Assembly (NCBI GenBank): GCA_025061115.1 | Contig: JANZKC010000001.1 | Location: forward strand, 448,001 to 512,000 | Source of the DNA: Candidatus Culexmicrobium cathedralense | GTDB taxonomy: Archaea > Thermoproteota > Methanomethylicia > Culexarchaeales > Culexmicrobiaceae | Length of the DNA: 64,000 nucleotides | Direction: 5' to 3' | Shown here: piece after piece, positions 38,059-49,300 of the stretch | How positions within the stretch are numbered: the stretch's first letter is position 1 | Layout: each line of letters starts with the position of its first letter | Notes under the pieces: model-generated | What the model was told of the DNA's origin: nothing | What the model saw: only the letters and a program-made list of their open reading frames with translations | Database searches by the model: none | Translations under genes and position numbers: made by a program

Positions 38059-39738
38059 GTGGAGAACAAAATGAAAAAAAGAAGAGATCAGTGGTGGAGG
38101 CAATACCTAGCATACCTAGACAACAGCCCCCAATCAGTAAGAAGACTAGTTGAAAAGCTCACCCCCAAACATCCAATTCAAGTTAAAGAGAAAGTCTACA
38201 TAGAGAAAAACTACCAGTTATGGCCATTCCAAGAAGAAATCCTGCGCAAACTCCTCCGCCACAAGAAGGCGCTCATACTAGGACTCCCAACAGGACTAGG
38301 TAAAACCTTCGTTGCAGGAGCATATTTAGATGAAGTATCTAAGCCCCATGGAATAAGGGTCCTCTTCCTAGTACCATCAGTTCCACTAGGAGTGCAGCAA
38401 ACAATATTTGCTAGGAAGAGGCTGAAAGTTGAAAGTGCATACTTCATTTCAGGCGCAATACCGCCAGACAAGAGAAAAGCCCTGAAAGTCTGGAATGCAG
38501 GGTTCGTAGTAACCACACCACAAACCTTCGCAAACGACCACCTCTACGCCTTCGAGCCAATGCTAAAGGAAGCAAGAGAAATGAGAAACCCAATACCCTA
38601 CCTAGCTGAAGTACTAAGCGACGCCGAATTCAAATTCCCATACGACGTAGTTGTAGCAGACGAGTGCCAGAGATACATTGGAGAGACGGACGGCTACTCG
38701 ATACTTCTAGTAGCTGCAGCATGCAAAGTTGCCATTCTAGCTCTAAGCGCAACCCCCCACCTACACGCTCCTCACAGACTTGAAGAGCTCCAAAAGATCT
38801 TTGATAAGATACAGGTCTTCTCAGTCGAGGAACCCAGCATAAGCAAGTACATTCCAAGCAGAGTACTCTACGTTGTGAGAATACCAACTCCAGAGGACCT
38901 ACTAGAGGTTTATAGGGGATTAGATGCAGTGATAGGTAAGATCGAGAAAGCCATCAAGGACAAGTACGGGGCAAGCCACTTAAAGACAAACTGCAACGAA
39001 CATCAACTCTGCAGAAAGCGCATGGTAATCAAATTATTGAAGTTTAGAATGGTGGAGGATGGAGCCAGCAGCGTCCTAAGATACGCCACATGGAGACTTA
39101 AAGAGCTCAAAGAGCCGCTTGAAGAGCTAAACGGCAAAAGCATAATCAAGGCATACAGAGAGGCCTTGAAAAAGTGCTTCAACCACAAAATGAACGTAGC
39201 CGCAAAAATTTTGGAGAGAGAAATCTACGACAAAGCGATAATATTTGCAGAGGCGGTCGAAGCTGTAAAGCAAATGGGAAGACAACTTCAAAAGACGTAT
39301 GGAGTAGATAACGTTGCAATTCTAATCGGCAAAGGACACATGACCTTAGAGCAGCAAGCATCAGCACTAATGCAGTTCAGGGAGAAAGCTAAAATTCTAG
39401 TAGCATCATCCGTCGGCGAAGAAGGCCTAGATATACCCACGGCAGATATAGAGATTTGGATAGACCCGCCGAGCAGTCCGAGAAAGTGGATTCAGAGGTT
39501 TGGCAGAGTATTAAGGCAGCCCTCAGGAAGGAAAGTAGCTAGAATCTACGCTCTAATATCCATGAGAACACATGAAAAAAATAAGCTGCTAAGCGTGATG
39601 AAAAAGGCGGAGAGAATCTATGGATTCACGCAGAAAGTCGTCTATGAAGACCTTGACAAAATTGAAAGTGGGCAGAGAACCCTAACAAGCTTCCTAGGCA
39701 AATCATTTAACCAATCAAAAACACGCGAGAGCCAATAG
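38059..39738 (+). CDS. SF2 DEAD/DEAH helicase, Hef/FANCM-like, no nuclease domain
   Basis: LPTGLGKT, TTPQT, DECQR, SATP, SSVGEEGLDIP, IQRFGR. Confidence 0.85.
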   Translation: MENKMKKRRDQWWRQYLAYLDNSPQSVRRLVEKLTPKHPIQVKEKVYIEKNYQLWPFQEEILRKLLRHKKALILGLPTGLGKTFVAGAYLDEVSKPHGIRVLFLVPSVPLGVQQTIFARKRLKVESAYFISGAIPPDKRKALKVWNAGFVVTTPQTFANDHLYAFEPMLKEAREMRNPIPYLAEVLSDAEFKFPYDVVVADECQRYIGETDGYSILLVAAACKVAILALSATPHLHAPHRLEELQKIFDKIQVFSVEEPSISKYIPSRVLYVVRIPTPEDLLEVYRGLDAVIGKIEKAIKDKYGASHLKTNCNEHQLCRKRMVIKLLKFRMVEDGASSVLRYATWRLKELKEPLEELNGKSIIKAYREALKKCFNHKMNVAAKILEREIYDKAIIFAEAVEAVKQMGRQLQKTYGVDNVAILIGKGHMTLEQQASALMQFREKAKILVASSVGEEGLDIPTADIEIWIDPPSSPRKWIQRFGRVLRQPSGRKVARIYALISMRTHEKNKLLSVMKKAERIYGFTQKVVYEDLDKIESGQRTLTSFLGKSFNQSKTRESQ

Positions 39739-39991
39739 CCTGCCCGGGAAGAGGCCTTCTAAATCTAGCTATAACAACCCCCTTATTCCCATGCGTTTTG
39801 AGAATGCTCCCAATAACCTTCAACCCACCACTACTTCGCCAAACAACCTTCCTACCAATAAGCCTGGAGGCAGAGCTTTTTGAATGGAAATTCCTGAACT
39901 TCAAGTAAACGTAATTGGTATACTGCCTCTTCAAGCCCCGCCTATAACCCAAAATTACTCCATCAAGCCCAACAACCGCCATGAACACCAC
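39707..39991 (-). CDS. rpl35ae: 50S ribosomal protein L35Ae
   Basis: GYRRG...Q, LIGRKVVW, G.I..THGNKGVV.ARF...LPGQAIG. Confidence 0.93.
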   Translation of the reverse strand: MVFMAVVGLDGVILGYRRGLKRQYTNYVYLKFRNFHSKSSASRLIGRKVVWRSSGGLKVIGSILKTHGNKGVVIARFRRPLPGQAIGSRVFLIG

Positions 39992-40067
39992 CCACAGCAG
40001 TTGAGGGGCAGAAAAGAGTTAAACAAACTTCCTTATCAATATTACTGGCAAACTAAGCCAGCTTAAC

Positions 40068-40967
40068 CTACATGTAAACTCTAGTTCCTATGGGATCAAC
40101 TTCAGACACTAAGATGCCCTCGCACGGAAAGAAGTCCAGCAATAAGTCAACGAACCTAACTACGTCATCACTTCGAACGAGGGCATAAACTGTTTTACCG
40201 TCAAAGCTAAAGCCATAAGCCAGCGGACTCAACTTGCCAAGCTCAATTAAAACTTCACTTGAACCCTTAAAGTTGCACATCATCTTGACAGTAAAGGTCT
40301 TCGCCAACTCCAAAATTTCCTCAAAACTCAATTTTGGAAGCTTGCTTTCTAAATCCTCGCACTCCATAGTCATGGCATCCCAGCTGAACTTTCTAAATAC
40401 AACCTGAGCTGTAGCAGGACCTCCAATTACAATCTTCAAGTCCTCAGGTCCCGCTAACTTAACATACCTAGCCCTGCTGGGGGGAGCAGCGTTCACAAGT
40501 AAAGTCACTCCTCCAACAAGTTGGGGAAGAGAAGAGCCGCACCCAATTTCATACTCAATCTCCACGCTGTGGGCAATATCCCCAACAATTTCAGGACTTA
40601 AGTTAAGATTAAGTGCCTTGTGAACTGCAGCTAAAGCGGAAATCACCGATGCCGTTGCAACGCTTAAACCAAGATTTAGTGGCACTTCAAAATTGAAATC
40701 GAGCACGCCCCTAACGCCATTAAGTTCCGATGCTTCCGCCATGCGCTTAACAGCCTCTTCAATCCAGGGAAGATTCAGCTGCCTCTTACCATAAACCATG
40801 TTCAGCTTAACGCAATTGGAAGGCTGAACTCTAGCTAAGCAGGAAACACCTCTTAAAAGGCAAAGGCCAGCTCCAACAAATCCACACTCCTCAATGCGAG
40901 AAGACCTCTTGAAGCTGAAGAGCAGCGGGATAAACGATGGAGTGAAAGCCTTGCCAACATACTTCAA
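40068..40967 (-). CDS. Pantoate kinase-like GHMP-family protein, catalytic motifs altered
   Basis: KAFTP, G..GAG..L..GV, VPL.LGL, AH.VE....G.G...Q..GG. Confidence 0.65.
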   Translation of the reverse strand: MKYVGKAFTPSFIPLLFSFKRSSRIEECGFVGAGLCLLRGVSCLARVQPSNCVKLNMVYGKRQLNLPWIEEAVKRMAEASELNGVRGVLDFNFEVPLNLGLSVATASVISALAAVHKALNLNLSPEIVGDIAHSVEIEYEIGCGSSLPQLVGGVTLLVNAAPPSRARYVKLAGPEDLKIVIGGPATAQVVFRKFSWDAMTMECEDLESKLPKLSFEEILELAKTFTVKMMCNFKGSSEVLIELGKLSPLAYGFSFDGKTVYALVRSDDVVRFVDLLLDFFPCEGILVSEVDPIGTRVYM

Positions 40968-40968
40968 A

Positions 40969-42192
40969 TTACTTCCCCCAAGCTAGATTAACTGCAAGCT
41001 CAGCTGCACGCTTAGCCCCATCCATCTTCAGCGCTAATTCTTGAAGTAATTTAACACTCCTCTTAACTTTTCCGCAAGTCAACAGGTATTCTATTGACTC
41101 TAAAACCGAGCTCACTGTAAGCTCATCATACATCAACACTCTAGCAACCCCCAAAGCCTGAGAAGTAATAGCATTACTTATCCTCTCAGTATGCCCCCTA
41201 GCAGGTATTAGGAGCATGGGAACTCCAAAGCAAATGCCCTCCAAAATGCTCGTGTGCCCAGCATGATTAATATTGACGTCGCAGGCCTTCAAGTAGGCAT
41301 GATAGTCGTCAACCCAACTTAAAACCCTAAATCTACCATCATCAAAAAACACTGGAGCCCCCGTTGGATTCGATAAAGTTAAAACCACCTGATAGCCTTC
41401 ATCACACAAAATTCTAAAAGCCTTAACGAGCACCTTCGCCAAAAAGTGCTTTTCAAAGCCAACTCCGCTTATTGAAGCAAAAACAATTGGAGCTCCAACA
41501 TTCAACTTCAAACTTCTCCTCAGCTCAGCCCTACTTGGAAGCTCTTCAGGTCTAACTCCAATTATTGGACCTATAAACTCGACTTTATCCTCAATGAACT
41601 CAATGCTCTCAACATGCCTCCGGCAAATCGCAAATTTCTCCTCAAGGTCTGGAATCAAAATCCTACTGGAAAACCTCCACATCGAGGCTAATACTTGAGA
41701 TATCATCCTTTCCGCAATAGTCTTAACAACTCTTATTGATGGCGTCATCGGCCTAGTCCTAGGAATTATTAAAGCAATCTGATTCGTCACCAGCAAGGAA
41801 GGCTTACCCAAAATCTTAGATGCAATAACGGTTGAAAGGCGTGAGTCCGAAATAACCACATCTGGATCAAACCTTGAAATGAACTTGAGCTCCAAAGCCA
41901 CCTGCTTCCATAGGGTCTTTAGGTGCTTAGCTCCGCGGCTCATGGTTTGCTTGAAGTCGAAGGTGCCATCAGGCTTTTGAAAGTAATTTATAGAGGGGAC
42001 CTGGCAAACTGGATAGTTCTCTCTAGCCACCAGCGACACTGCAGAGCCATAGGTGGAGAAGAGAATTACTGGCTTTACATCGAGCTTCTCAGCTAAATCA
42101 ACAATCCTTCTACCTATGCGAAGAGACCTACTAGCATGCCCAAGCCCCAATCCACATGGAGCAATGTAGACCTTTATGAGCTCCATCAACAT
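40969..42192 (-). CDS. GT-B glycosyltransferase (MurG/GT28-like)
   Basis: GLGLGHASR, PDVVISD, HAGHTSILE, IPARGHTE. Confidence 0.85.
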   Translation of the reverse strand: MLMELIKVYIAPCGLGLGHASRSLRIGRRIVDLAEKLDVKPVILFSTYGSAVSLVARENYPVCQVPSINYFQKPDGTFDFKQTMSRGAKHLKTLWKQVALELKFISRFDPDVVISDSRLSTVIASKILGKPSLLVTNQIALIIPRTRPMTPSIRVVKTIAERMISQVLASMWRFSSRILIPDLEEKFAICRRHVESIEFIEDKVEFIGPIIGVRPEELPSRAELRRSLKLNVGAPIVFASISGVGFEKHFLAKVLVKAFRILCDEGYQVVLTLSNPTGAPVFFDDGRFRVLSWVDDYHAYLKACDVNINHAGHTSILEGICFGVPMLLIPARGHTERISNAITSQALGVARVLMYDELTVSSVLESIEYLLTCGKVKRSVKLLQELALKMDGAKRAAELAVNLAWGK

Positions 42193-42839
42193 TACCTTGA
42201 AGCGCTATGCCAATGAAGCTCCTTCTTTATCACTTCACCTCCAGGCTCCAGCTCCTCAAAGATTTCAGCTTGAAACCTATAAATCCTTGTTTCCTCCTCA
42301 AGCCAAGCGTCCGGCATCAATCCAGCTTTAATGCAGCAGTTGCTCAAGAATTCCTCCGGCGTCCAATTCCACTCAACAGCAACTTGAGGTAGCAACAGTC
42401 CCTTGAACAACCCTCTCTCAACAATTAATCCATCAATTCCAATCCTAATTTTTGAGGGATAATTTCTTGGGTGGTCAACCTTAATTAGCTCTGGAACAGT
42501 TAGCACGCTCACCTCAAATGTTACGGAGCTAAGCTCATGAATCTCCAATGGCCTAAACCTTGGATCAGCAGTTGCAGCACTTATGGCAGATTCAATTGTA
42601 GCTTCCACAAGTGGCATAATTGGCATTGGAAAGCCTATGCAGCCCCTAAGCCGCTTCACCCTCTCCCTTTCAATCATCATCACTAGATTAATTGTAACGA
42701 AAACCCCCCTCTTCTCCTTCAACTTCTCCGGCACATTATTGGGCGGCTTAATCTGCATTCCTCTCTTCAAATACTCCTCAACAGCTCTCCTCGCAAGCTT
42801 AACTAGAAATTTTCCCTCCTCAAGATTTAAAGAGCACAT
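42192..42839 (-). CDS. AMMECR1-domain protein
   Basis: GVFVT, LRGCIG, DPRF, EVSVLT, GLLLPQV. Confidence 0.93.
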   Translation of the reverse strand: MCSLNLEEGKFLVKLARRAVEEYLKRGMQIKPPNNVPEKLKEKRGVFVTINLVMMIERERVKRLRGCIGFPMPIMPLVEATIESAISAATADPRFRPLEIHELSSVTFEVSVLTVPELIKVDHPRNYPSKIRIGIDGLIVERGLFKGLLLPQVAVEWNWTPEEFLSNCCIKAGLMPDAWLEEETRIYRFQAEIFEELEPGGEVIKKELHWHSASR

Positions 42840-42858
42840 GCGAGCACACCGCCTTTCA

Positions 42859-43371
42859 CTAATAGTTTATGCCCTTAAGTGAAATAAGGTCCTTAGGATA
42901 CTTAACCTCAACTACTAAATTCACCACATCAGCCCTATCTATCAACTCCGGCGGAGCATATCTTCCAGTTAATACAACGTGCGTTTCCTCAGGAATCTTT
43001 GAAAGCAGCGAAAGCACGTCTTCAACTGAAATTAAATTAGCAGCTACAGCCAAATTCACCTCATCTAGAATGAGCAGGAAAGGCTTCTTTTCAATAGCTA
43101 TTTTCTCCGCAAAAATAAGGGCCTCCTTAGCCAAACGCCTATCCTCTTCACTTGGCTTTTTCAGATCAACCCAATCCGGCCTGCCAAACTGATATATTTC
43201 ATACTCTGGGCTCAACCTATCCTTCACAATGTACTCGCCGACATCTTTCCTCCCCTTCATGAATTGAATAACAACCACTTTAAGGCCGTGTCCAATGCAC
43301 CTCAAAGCTAAGCCAAGGGCACTAGTAGTTTTTCCAGCTCCAGTTCCAGTATAAAGGAATATGAAGCCCAT
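42859..43371 (-). CDS. cobO: Cob(I)alamin/cob(I)yrinate adenosyltransferase (CobO/BtuR type)
   Basis: YTGTGAGKTTSALG, IQFMKG, LILDE, VLTGR.AP. Confidence 0.92.
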   Translation of the reverse strand: MGFIFLYTGTGAGKTTSALGLALRCIGHGLKVVVIQFMKGRKDVGEYIVKDRLSPEYEIYQFGRPDWVDLKKPSEEDRRLAKEALIFAEKIAIEKKPFLLILDEVNLAVAANLISVEDVLSLLSKIPEETHVVLTGRYAPPELIDRADVVNLVVEVKYPKDLISLKGINY

Positions 43372-43381
43372 AATTAATCAC

Positions 43382-46300
43382 CTAAATCCTACAAACTCCC
43401 TTCGGGCATGAACCCGTATCCTCCGGGCCTAGCTCAATAACGCCTCGAGGCTTCTTCTTTGTCGGCTTCCCAATGTAAAGCACCTGCTCGCCCTTACTTC
43501 CATACCTATAAACGGTAATTCCCTTGCACTTCAACTCGTATGCTAGAATGAAAGCTCTCTTGACATCTTCAGGAGAAGCTTCATAACGCAAGTTAATGGT
43601 TTTAGACACAGCATTGTCGGTGAACTCTTGAAATGCAGCTTGCATCCTGACGTGCCAGTCAACATCAATATCCAACGCAGTTACGAAAATCCTCTTAATG
43701 TCTTCAGGCATGCCCTCCACGTACCTTATGGAGCCAACTCTGGCTATCTCCCGCATAAGTTCATCGCTATAGAGCCCTCGCTCCTTCAAGAACTCTTCAA
43801 AGACAGAGTTGACCTCAAATAAGCTCACTCCACCTAGAACTCTCCTAAAGAATGCCAAGGCAAATAGGGGCTCAATTCCACTTGAAGTTCCAGCTATTAT
43901 GCTAATGGTTCCAGTTGGAGCTATAGTAGTGGTCGTAGCATTCCTAATGCCATACTTTTTAATTTTAGCCCTAAGGTCATCCCACTTCAAAGTATACTGC
44001 TTCTCCTCATCATCAGCCTCAAAGGGGAAGCGCGGTTGATCGCCATCATATATTGAACCCTTAAATGCTGGAAAGCTGCCCCTCACCTTAGCCAAGTTTA
44101 TGGACTCAACCTTGCTGTAGTAATTTATGTACTCCATAATTCTCCTAGCTAAATTAAGCGCCTCCTCAGAGTCGTAAGGTATTTGAAGCTTAAATAGAAG
44201 CTCAGCCCAACCCATAACGCCAAGCCCAATTTTCCTAGTTAAAAGCGTCTTCTCCTCAACTTGCGGCAGCGGATAGTTATTCGCATCTATTACATTGTCC
44301 AGAAAGTGAACTGCAATTCTAACCACTTCCCTCAACTTCTTCCAATCAATTTCATATCTCCCATCCCTCCTACGCTTAACCATAAGTGAAAGATTCACCG
44401 AGCCTAGATTGCAAGATTCAAAGGGCAGTAAGGGCTGTTCTCCGCAATTGTGAACGATAAATCCATTTGCAATGAAGGAGTGGGTGAGAGGTTCTGTCAC
44501 ATCATAAACTGGCTCTTCACCAACATACTCAATCTTCTGCACCGTAACCTCGAACCTGCCACGATAGAATTTAGACTGAGATCTCCTGTGAAATTCTGAA
44601 ATCTTCCTCTCATCGCTAAATCCAATCTTTTCAATAAACCGTTCCCTACTGTCCCTTGAAATTACAAGTTCATAATAGTCTCCACCAACATATCTCCTCA
44701 CCTTCCCTTCTGAGTCGATGTATGCGGAGACTCTCTTCTTCGACCTTTTACGCTCATAGATTTTAGACTTTATTCCGAAGTTCAGCAATAATAATTGTAC
44801 ATCCTTCAGCAATCTTAGGGACGTTGAAGACAATCTTATTGATGACCCCTCTTCAGCCTTTCCTTGAACAGAGCCATCAGCAGTGAACAACCCTCTCAAA
44901 AAGCCTCTTACAGCAAATTCCGGAGCCATGAAGATACTCCATGGAACTCGCTTCTCCTCAGCCTTCCACTCGCCTACACCTAACTTCTTGAAGAACTCTA
45001 TGAATGCCTTGGCGTGATATGATAGATGATAAGTACCATTCCTACGCTTAACCGGCTTGACGCAGCCATACCACTTCGAAATTATCTCTCGAGCCCTCTT
45101 AAGCAAGTCTAATTTTTGACTTGAGAAGGTAAATCCAACTCTATCTTTCCTGAGCCACCCGCCCCCTATAAGTAGGCCAATGACGAAGCCGAGGTCTTCA
45201 GACCACTCTTTTGGCAAGTTTAGCTTCTTCCTCTTGGTCAGGTTATTTAACTTGTCAATTTCCTCCTTTATTGGTAGTTCAATTGAGTTAGAGAAGCATC
45301 CGCAACTTTGAATTAGCAGAGTGTCGTCCTCTTTCAATTCGCCTAGCTTCTTCCATCCACTTGGAGTTAAGAACATGTGGTCTATAGTTGCTTTAATCTC
45401 ATAACCTTCCCTTGTTATGAGCCTATAAACTGGCTTTATTCCGGTAAATACGTACCTAGTGGGCTTTGATTTTACGATGCCTCTGCTTTTAATAGCTCTT
45501 AAATCGACGATTAATGAGGTTGAAAGTGACTTGGGATTATTTCTAGTTAAATTCTCAATTGGTATCAAACCTTTTTCAGTGACTACTAATGTATCTCCAG
45601 TTACACATGGGTTAGTACTCTCTATTTCGCCGAGTTGAGGCGTTGGATTATGCTTGTTGATTCGGTCGATGAATACTAGGCCTGGATCTCCTGTTCTCCA
45701 AGCATTATAAACAATCATGTCGAAAAGGTATTTTGCATTTATCTTGCCTTGAGGCTCGCCTGTCCTCGGATTGATCAAGTTTATTTCCTTCTCCTCCTCA
45801 ACAGCCTTCATAAATTCATCCGTAACCGCTACCGAGATATTGAAGTTTGTCAGCACACCCTCCTTAGTCTTAGCATAAATGAAATCCATAATATCGGGGT
45901 GATCAACCCTTAAAATACCCATATTAGCACCGCGACGCTTATTATGAACTAAGATTCCATTTGCGACGAAACACCCTGATATTGTTTCTATGTCCATCGT
46001 ATATTTTCGATCTTCCTTTATTTCGACAACTCTTGTGTAGTAATATTTTGGATCACACAATTTGACTAACCTTTCATCTTCCTTAAGAAATGGAAATTCT
46101 TCTAAAAGTTTAATTAGGCGCTTACGAGTTAGATTTCTCCTATGTTTTTCATTCCTTGTAATGTAATGATAAATCGCTCTAAAGAATTTTTGATTAGCAC
46201 CACGCTTAGACCTTCCCTTGCCGCAACCTCTTCCAACAAAGCTATAATGAGACATCAGTATTCTTTCCGCATTTGGTATGACATCCACGTACTCAAACTT

Positions 46301-49300
46301 CTTTTCATGGAATCTCCTCAACAGCTTTTCATTTTTCTTCTCGGTTAGGAAGCCTATATGCTCAATGAATAACTTTATGCTTCTTTCAGGAATTATGGTC
46401 AGGTGATATATTGGTGATCTGCCGAACCTATTTTCACCCTTCTCATACTTCTTAATGGAGGAGACTATTCCTAAGCTTAAAAGCAACTGTTGAACTTCTC
46501 TGACTAATCTTTCTGATGACACTTGAAGCCTTGGATAACCATCTTCATGAACATCCCCATCACCCTCAAACAGCCCCCGCAAGAAGCCATAAGCAACTTC
46601 TTTTGATGACGTAAATATTTCTCTAGGTATGAAAGCTTCCCGAGAATTCTTTTTAATCCAATTCATGGACTTGAAAAATCTCTGCAAATCTACTGAGTAA
46701 AAAACCAAGTCAACATAACCTTCTTTTCTTCGCTTATAACCAACCTTTAAGTTGAAAACTTTCAGCATTAAGTCCTCTATTATCTTTTCAAGTTCCTTAT
46801 CATCATTTGAAACTGAGAAAATAAGTCTACCATCAGCGCTGATACAGCCATCAGACATATACAGACCAAGAATTTCAGCAAGTTCAGGAGTGATTCTTTC
46901 TGGAATTCTTATCTTATTTGCATTAAAATGCTGTTTTTCAATTCTTAGAAGAGGCGCATCTGGAAGATCAGGATGACCTCCAAGTACAACAACCAGCCAG
47001 TCACCAACCCTTATGTCTTGAGCCTCTTTCCATATTATTTCTCCTTCTTGAGAAACAACCGCAACTTTATGATTATACGTTACATCAAGTTCTAGACCAA
47101 GATCAGTTTTAATTTTCAAAACATCAGCCACACCATTATCCGCCGCCAAGAAAGCATGAATGAAAGCGTCTCCATCAAAGACAAGGTAATTAGTTGGATT
47201 TTCAGAGTGTGATGGGCAGTCAAGTAATTCAGCTAATGGCAGTATACCTTTATTCGTCCTAACCAAACTATCAACAGCTATACATCCACCCTGCTTAATG
47301 ACGTCGGTTGCAACGTCAAATATCCTCATGAAGCTTACCGGGCCGGATGCAACGCCCATAGTAGTTCTAACCACGTCGCCCTTCGGCCTGAGCCTTGAAA
47401 ATGAGAAGCCAGTGTTATGAACTATCATGAAGCCATTCTGTCCAGCTAGATATGTTTCGGTTTCATCAACCGTTAAGTCATACATAACCACCTTATCAGT
47501 ACCATGCAATCTTTCAATGCGTATAATAGGGACAGAATGTAACATTGCGTGTAACATAGTTCTTATCTTTTCAGCATCACTGAAGAATCCATTCCTCTCT
47601 AGGGCATCAGCTAGCTTAGTCATTAACATTTCAAATTTAACGGCACTGATCCCATGTCCCCACATCCATCTGTGAACCCATATCTTTGCGCCTCCGAGGA
47701 TCAATGGCTTCCTGTGCAATGAGGATACATTTATTCCCAATTTTTCTAAGAAGCCTCTAATCGTCTCAAAACTTAATTTTACACTTCTCCTATACGATGA
47801 CTTTCCAACTACTTTAAGCAATAAACTTGCTTTACGCTTTATACTCATTCTAGATGCAATCTCCCTGGCAAAATATGAAAATTCAGGTGAGCTCTCAACG
47901 CAAATTACGTAAAGTTCCTTCTTCTCTTTAGATCTCTTCGGCTTTCTAACTCTAAATCTTATCTTTAATCCCAGAGCAGTTAGCAGCAGTGCTAATTGCC
48001 TCATAACGCTATGTGAAGTACAAGTAATGCATAACCTCGCCCTATCCTTAGAAACTTCACCTTCAGCATCTATGAAACCAGCTATAAATGACAGAACAAC
48101 GCTCAAAGGCGACTTAAATATCTGCTCAGGTATCCTCCAAGCATCACCGTCAGTTGCTCTTAGATTTCTTAAAACGAAATCAATGACTCTCTTATCACAT
48201 GTTTGAAAAATCCACATGTCACATCTTTTCTCTTTGTAAATGCAGCCAACATCATCATTGAAGACTTCACTTAAAATGCTCTTGAGAAGTTCGAGAGGTT
48301 CCCTTTCACGATCGAAAGCTCTCACCCTATGCGGTTCAGCGCAACCGTCACCAATCAAGTACCCTATGGCCCACGCCAACTTCTCGGATAATTTGAAACC
48401 ATCAATTTTTTGATATTCAGTGAAAATCCAGTTGCTTGGTTTAGGTGGAAGTAGCAGTAAGTCCCCTTCCTTAAGTTCATCAGCCCTCTTTTCTACAATT
48501 TCGCCCCTCTCATTTACAACAATAAATGGATGCCATTCACTTACAACAACTTCTAAGCCATTTCCAGCTTTAATCTTAAGTAACTTATTTCGAGGAAGAA
48601 TGTACTTCCATACTCTTGTAACTTTTCTAAAGTTAACTCTATTATCGGTTTTATCGTAAGTCAAAACTCTAATGTCAAGATTTGAAACATCAATTGAAAC
48701 GGTCTCATCCGAATTTTTCAAATGTACTGGTATGAGGGGTTCAACAATGTTTTCAATTGGAGCTATTCCACAAACATTAGTGTAAATGTAGGTTCCCTTA
48801 GCTACACAACCACCTCCGCTCTTGTGAATTAAGGCGGCGTATTTTAGTGCATCGAATATGCTCTCTATAGAGTCTTCTACTGGAATTACGAAGCAGGCCG
48901 ACAATTGACCTAAGGGTGCACCTGCATTCATTAAGGTGGGAGAGTTTGGCAGGAAGTACTTGTTAACCATGATCTTGTAGAATGTATCTATGACGTCTTC
49001 GTAGAGCTCATCCCACTTCTCGTCAAGAAATCTGAGTAAGTCATTAAATGAAACCTTCATCTTACCCTCTTTGCCAAGCCTATTGTAAACTCTCTTCAGC
49101 ATTTCGAAGTCATACTCGTTTATAACAGCCCTCTTAAGCTTATAAGTAGGCTCTTCGGCTTGCCTCTTAGGCTGCCTACCAGCCTTATCGTAAACTTCAC
49201 TGTAGTAGAAAATGTCTACCAAGCCTACATGCCTAGCAACTCTCATGAACATTTGCTTTGGTGTTTCAATAACCTTGCCAGATTCGTCTTTAAGTAAATA

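Noticed and set aside
7962-39738. Tail-to-tail gene overlaps (nrdG/nrdD, DUF2098-like/glyS, speB/rpoP, helicase/rpl35ae) as antisense regulation
   Set aside because: Short convergent overlaps occur throughout this compact genome, and nothing singles them out as regulatory
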